NCBI GenBank assembly: GCA_964551725.1
Contig: CAZKED010000015.1
Span: 1-28,021 of the forward strand
From: an uncultured archaeon
Lineage (GTDB): Archaea > Iainarchaeota > Iainarchaeia > Iainarchaeales > DTGL01
DNA length: 28,021 nt
Reading direction: 5' to 3'
Under the pieces are notes generated by a model. It made no database searches. It was not told the origin of the DNA and saw only the letters and a list, made by a program, of their open reading frames with translations. Positions 24,151-28,021 of the stretch are shown here, one piece after another. The position numbers were made by a program, and so were the translations under genes. Every line of letters starts with the position of its first letter. The stretch's first letter is position 1.

Positions 24151-27117
24151 ATGGCTCGCCTGAAAGAGTTACGGCTCAAAAACTTCAAATCGTTCAAAAA
24201 AGCGAGAGTGCCTTTCAAAAAAGGGTTCACGACAATCATCGGACCGAACGGAAGCGGGAAAAGCAACCTGCTGGACGCCCTTTTGTTTTCGCTGGGCACG
24301 ACTTCGATGAAAATGCTCCGCGCTTCGCGCCTGTCCGAACTGGTGAACAATTCCGCGGCGGAAAAATACGGGAAAGTGGAAATCACTGTAAAGGACAATG
24401 AAAAGGAATGGGAAATAAGTAGGACGATTGACAAAAAGGGAAAATGCATTTACCGCCTGAACGGTGAAAAAAAGGGGCTCAACGAAATAACCTCCCTGCT
24501 CGTCGAACTCAGTATAAAAAACGACGGTCACAACATCGTGGCGCAGGGCGACGTCACGAGAATAATTGAAATGAACCCCGAGCAAAGGCGCGGAATAATC
24601 GACGAACTGGCGGGAATAAGGGAATTCGAGCTCAAAAAAGAGGAAGCACATAAGGAACTGGAAAAAGTAAACCAGAAACTCAAGGAAGCCAACCTCATTC
24701 TCGCCGACAGAATCGAGCACCTCAAAAGACTGGAGGAAGAGCGCGCCGCTGCGCTGGAATTCAGGGAACTGGAGGAAAGGAAAAAGAGGGCGAAAGCCAC
24801 TCTCTTGAAAGAAGAACTGAACGCAGCGAAAGAAAAAATAAAAAAACACAAGAAAAAGCTCGCCGGCTTTTCCGCCCTCAAAAAAGAATTCCAGGAAAAG
24901 GTCGCGGAATTGGACGAAAAACTGGAAAAAGCGGAAAGCGAAGCCGAGGAAATGGGCAGGGAAATAATCACCGCACAGAAGGAATCGGTTGCAAAAATAG
25001 TTTCAGCGCTTGAGGAAAAAAAATCCTCACAGGCAATACTGCAGGAGAAAATAAGCTCCAAGGAAAACCAGATTCTTTCAGCCGAAGCAAGGGAAAGCCG
25101 GCTTAACGAAAGGCTCAAAGAACTGAAAGAGGAGAAAAACTCGCTGCAGCAGGAACTCCGTGAAATAGAGGAAGAACTGCCGGTAAAAAAGCGCCTGTCG
25201 GAAAAACTGGAAAAAGAACTGGGCGAATTCGAAAAAAAGCAGTCCGAGGCGGTGAAAAAACTAAGGGAAAAGGAATCCGCGCTCAGGGAGCGGGTGAAAA
25301 AAGCCGAGCAGCTCAGGGAGGCGGCATTCGCCCTCGAATCGGAAAAAGGCGTGCGTGAGAAAGAGAACGAAATGCTCCGCAAAAATGTGAGCGAGGCAAA
25401 GGAAAGACTGGAAGCGCTTGAATCGGAGGTTAAGAAGAATGCAGAAAAGGAATCAACGCTCAAGGCACTCAGGGAGGAAAAAATCCAGGAACAGCTTTCT
25501 GCAGTGGAGGAAAGAATACTGAAGAGGATTGAAAAGGAAAAAGAGATAATCGCGGGAATCGCGGAACTCGAAAAAGCCGCAGGCGAACTGAAAAAGGAAA
25601 TAGCAAAGTGCCCGGTCTGCGAAAGCCCGCTGGACGGTAAAAAAAAGGCAGCGCTCAGGGAAAAAAAGGAAAAGGAAACCCGCGCACTGCGGTTCAAGGA
25701 AAAAAAAGTGCAGGCGGATTTGAAGGAACTGAGGGAAAAAAGGAACGAACTTCTGAAAAAAAGAAAGGAAATGGAAGAACTGATTCCGCTCGCGGAAGCG
25801 CTCAAGGAAAAGCGCGCAAGCGCCAGAAGCCTGAGGGAAAGGATTTCCTCTCTCAGGGAAGCGTTTAGGAATCTTTCGCCCCTGGAAAAAAAGGCGGCGG
25901 AGAAAAAAAAGGAATTCGAGGAAGAAAGGGAGAGGAACAAAAGCGAGGCGTTCGCCCTCGAAAAGGAGAAGGAAAGGATTCTTTCAAGGGAAAGCGACCT
26001 GAGGGAGCAGTTCATTGAAGCGAGGAACTCGGCGAAAATGCTCGAACAGCAGAAATCAGGAATCCTAAAGGAAACGGAAAGAGCGAAAAGGGAACGCGGG
26101 GAGGCAGTAAAAGAAATCGACTTCATTCAAAAGGAAAAAAAGGAAAAGGAATCCGGGATAGCGGAACTCGGGGAAAAAGCGGAAAAAATTTCCGCGGAAA
26201 TAGAAAAAATGCAGTCCGAAAAAGAGCGCGCTTCGAAGGAAATGGAGGAAAAAATAGGGAAAAGGGAAAGCGCGGTGGAAAAAATTTCAATGCTCAGGGA
26301 GAAAAAGCAGGCGCTCGAATTGAAGGGAAGGGCGAGGAACAGGGAATCACAGGACTTGAGGGTGGAAATAGGAAAGCTGGAAGTGAGGGCCGGGGACCTG
26401 GAAGAGGAATTCAGGGAATTCGCAGAAACAAAAACCCTCAAGGGCTTGAACGCAAAAGAACTCAGGGCGGAAATTCCCGCAACCGAGAAAAGAATACGGG
26501 AACTCGGCGCCATAAACCTCAAAGCGCTTGAATCGTTCGGCGAGGAAAAGCAGGAACTCATGGAAATAAACAAAAAAGTGGAAAAACTCTCGGAGGAAAG
26601 GGACGCAGTGCTTGAAATGATTGAAAAAATTGAAATTAAAAGGAACAATGTCTTCATGGACTGCTTTATGGAAATAGAGAAGAATTTTTCAAAAATGTTC
26701 TACTCCTTTTTCTCGGGAAAAGGCTCTCTGGCTCTTACCGACGAGGAAAACCCGACCGAATCAGGGCTTATAATAAGCGCCAAGCACAAGGGCGAAAACC
26801 TCGTGAACATCGACGCAATGAGCGGCGGGGAGAAATCCCTGACAGCGCTGGCATTCCTTTTCGCGATTCAGCTGTACGAGCCAGCGCCGTTCTACGTGTT
26901 TGACGAGGCGGACGCCGCGCTTGACGAGGAAAATTCGCTCAAACTGGTGAAAATAATAAAGGAAATAAGCAGGGAATCCCAGTTCATTGCAATAACGCAC
27001 AACAACTCGCTCATAAAGGAAGCCGACCTCATTGTCGGCGTCACCCTCGACAAAAACAAGTCAAGCGTTATAGGACTGGACCTGAAGCAGAAAATAATGG
27101 AAAAAAACAGCGCTTAG
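24151..27117 (+). CDS. smc: SMC family ATPase (Smc-type heads, central CPVC instead of hinge)
   Basis: NFKSF, GPNGSGKSN, Q-loop AQGDV, LGAINLKA, MSGGEKSL, APFYVFDEADAALD, QFIAITH. 988 aa. Confidence 0.9.
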   Translation: MARLKELRLKNFKSFKKARVPFKKGFTTIIGPNGSGKSNLLDALLFSLGTTSMKMLRASRLSELVNNSAAEKYGKVEITVKDNEKEWEISRTIDKKGKCIYRLNGEKKGLNEITSLLVELSIKNDGHNIVAQGDVTRIIEMNPEQRRGIIDELAGIREFELKKEEAHKELEKVNQKLKEANLILADRIEHLKRLEEERAAALEFRELEERKKRAKATLLKEELNAAKEKIKKHKKKLAGFSALKKEFQEKVAELDEKLEKAESEAEEMGREIITAQKESVAKIVSALEEKKSSQAILQEKISSKENQILSAEARESRLNERLKELKEEKNSLQQELREIEEELPVKKRLSEKLEKELGEFEKKQSEAVKKLREKESALRERVKKAEQLREAAFALESEKGVREKENEMLRKNVSEAKERLEALESEVKKNAEKESTLKALREEKIQEQLSAVEERILKRIEKEKEIIAGIAELEKAAGELKKEIAKCPVCESPLDGKKKAALREKKEKETRALRFKEKKVQADLKELREKRNELLKKRKEMEELIPLAEALKEKRASARSLRERISSLREAFRNLSPLEKKAAEKKKEFEEERERNKSEAFALEKEKERILSRESDLREQFIEARNSAKMLEQQKSGILKETERAKRERGEAVKEIDFIQKEKKEKESGIAELGEKAEKISAEIEKMQSEKERASKEMEEKIGKRESAVEKISMLREKKQALELKGRARNRESQDLRVEIGKLEVRAGDLEEEFREFAETKTLKGLNAKELRAEIPATEKRIRELGAINLKALESFGEEKQELMEINKKVEKLSEERDAVLEMIEKIEIKRNNVFMDCFMEIEKNFSKMFYSFFSGKGSLALTDEENPTESGLIISAKHKGENLVNIDAMSGGEKSLTALAFLFAIQLYEPAPFYVFDEADAALDEENSLKLVKIIKEISRESQFIAITHNNSLIKEADLIVGVTLDKNKSSVIGLDLKQKIMEKNSA

Positions 27118-27138
27118 CCGAGAAAAAGGAAAAAAAGC

Positions 27139-27171
27139 AAACAATTAAATAACACTTGAATGCTTAATTGT
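27139..27171 (+). promoter_or_regulatory. Motif-related promoter AAACAATTAAAT...TTAATTGT
   Basis: 12-bp match to the recurrent motif in gene-sense orientation, upstream of ATG 27176. Confidence 0.65.
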
Positions 27172-27175
27172 GCGT

Positions 27176-28021
27176 ATGCTCGGGAGGAAGAAAAAAGCAT
27201 TCATTCCTGCACTTTTATCCCTGTTGCTTCTTTTAAGCGGTTGTCCAACGGCAGCCATTGAGGAAGTGGAGGAAGTTAAAATCTTTTTGCAGGAACATCC
27301 CGAAGCGAAAATGAGTGCATTAAAATTGGACCCGGCAACCGCCGGGGAGCTGGTTGAGAAAACGGGAGCGGACTGCGGGGAACTTAAAAACGTTGAATAT
27401 TTTTTTGTTATTTTAACCGCGGCAAGCGCGGAAAAATACGTGTGGATAGACTCCCTCACCCTCGAAGTGGACTGCGAATTCGAGAAAACCATTGCGGCTC
27501 CCACTCCCAAACCCAAGCCCAGCCCGACTCCGAGCGCAACGCCAGGCGAAACACCGACTCCAAGCCCGGCACCCTCGCCGGGCACAAGCCCGACTCCCAC
27601 GCCGAGCACAACACCCAGTATCACGCCAAGCCAGACACCGAGTCCGACTGCCACGCCGACCGCGACGCCCACCGCCACGCCAACGCCGGCTCCAAGCGCA
27701 ACGCCTACGCCGATTGCGGAAACCTGCGCTGAAAGCAACGGAACCGAATGCGAGGAAAACGAATACTGCTCCGGAAAATACGCGCTGGCAAGCGACTCGC
27801 TGAAATGCTGCCTTGCGGAATGCGTGGAAATCACGACAGGCGACTGCAACAATTATTACAGGAACATTGAACTTAACGAGGGTGAAACTCTGGAAAACGT
27901 CAAGGGAGCGGGGGATTACTCGGGAGAAGCCCTCGGAATAAAACTGGAATACGTTTTCCAGACCACGGGAACAAGCAAAACGTACTATTCGCGGTTCGCA
28001 TTACTGGACGCCCAGGGAAAC
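27176..28021 (+). CDS. Surface lipoprotein with Pro/Thr linker and Cys-rich module (runs off right edge)
   Basis: Not in the ORF track. Manual translation MLGRKKKAFIPALLSLLLLLSGC (lipobox), PT/PS repeats, C-x6-C-x5-C...CC-x3-C, open to the end. Confidence 0.85.
   Translation, partial: MLGRKKKAFIPALLSLLLLLSGCPTAAIEEVEEVKIFLQEHPEAKMSALKLDPATAGELVEKTGADCGELKNVEYFFVILTAASAEKYVWIDSLTLEVDCEFEKTIAAPTPKPKPSPTPSATPGETPTPSPAPSPGTSPTPTPSTTPSITPSQTPSPTATPTATPTATPTPAPSATPTPIAETCAESNGTECEENEYCSGKYALASDSLKCCLAECVEITTGDCNNYYRNIELNEGETLENVKGAGDYSGEALGIKLEYVFQTTGTSKTYYSRFALLDAQGN

Noticed and set aside
24169-27000. Long minus-strand ORFs (e.g. 24528..26126, 532 aa)
   Set aside because: Ser/Phe/Leu-rich antisense shadows of the Glu/Lys-rich SMC coiled coil.
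24151-27117. Calling the protein Rad50/SbcC
   Set aside because: Head motifs look Smc-like and no mre11/sbcD is adjacent. Phylogeny is needed to be certain.
27145-27852. Minus-strand Gly/Val-repeat ORF
   Set aside because: Antisense shadow of the Pro/Thr linker of the + strand lipoprotein.

Overview
Gene-dense archaeal DNA, inferred to be from a DPANN-type small-genome lineage (mostly leaderless genes with TATA-like boxes ~20-30 nt upstream, occasional GGTGA ribosome-binding sites, archaeal MNT/HEPN pair). Positions ~1-23 kb are accessory: mostly minus-strand orphan genes with strongly Arg/Lys-rich termini, interleaved with four toxin modules (Fic, RelE/RHH, MNT/HEPN, AbiE-like pair), TSUP and EamA transporters, a KamA-family radical SAM enzyme, a HAD hydrolase and an M48 peptidase. 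A 14-bp motif (GAATTTAATTGTTT on +) recurs in one orientation at 13 intergenic positions (11 close, 2 degenerate) between 1870 and 12981. Most copies sit at promoter distance from an ATG, but several have no cognate gene and instead border toxin modules or form GC stems, which suggests a shared regulon and/or a cassette-array site. The right end encodes a membrane protein, an Smc-type ATPase whose hinge appears replaced by a Rad50-like CPVC zinc hook, and a Pro/Thr-rich lipoprotein. No rRNA, tRNA, CRISPR array, integrase or transposase was recognised. All calls are by-eye motif recognition; no database search was run.
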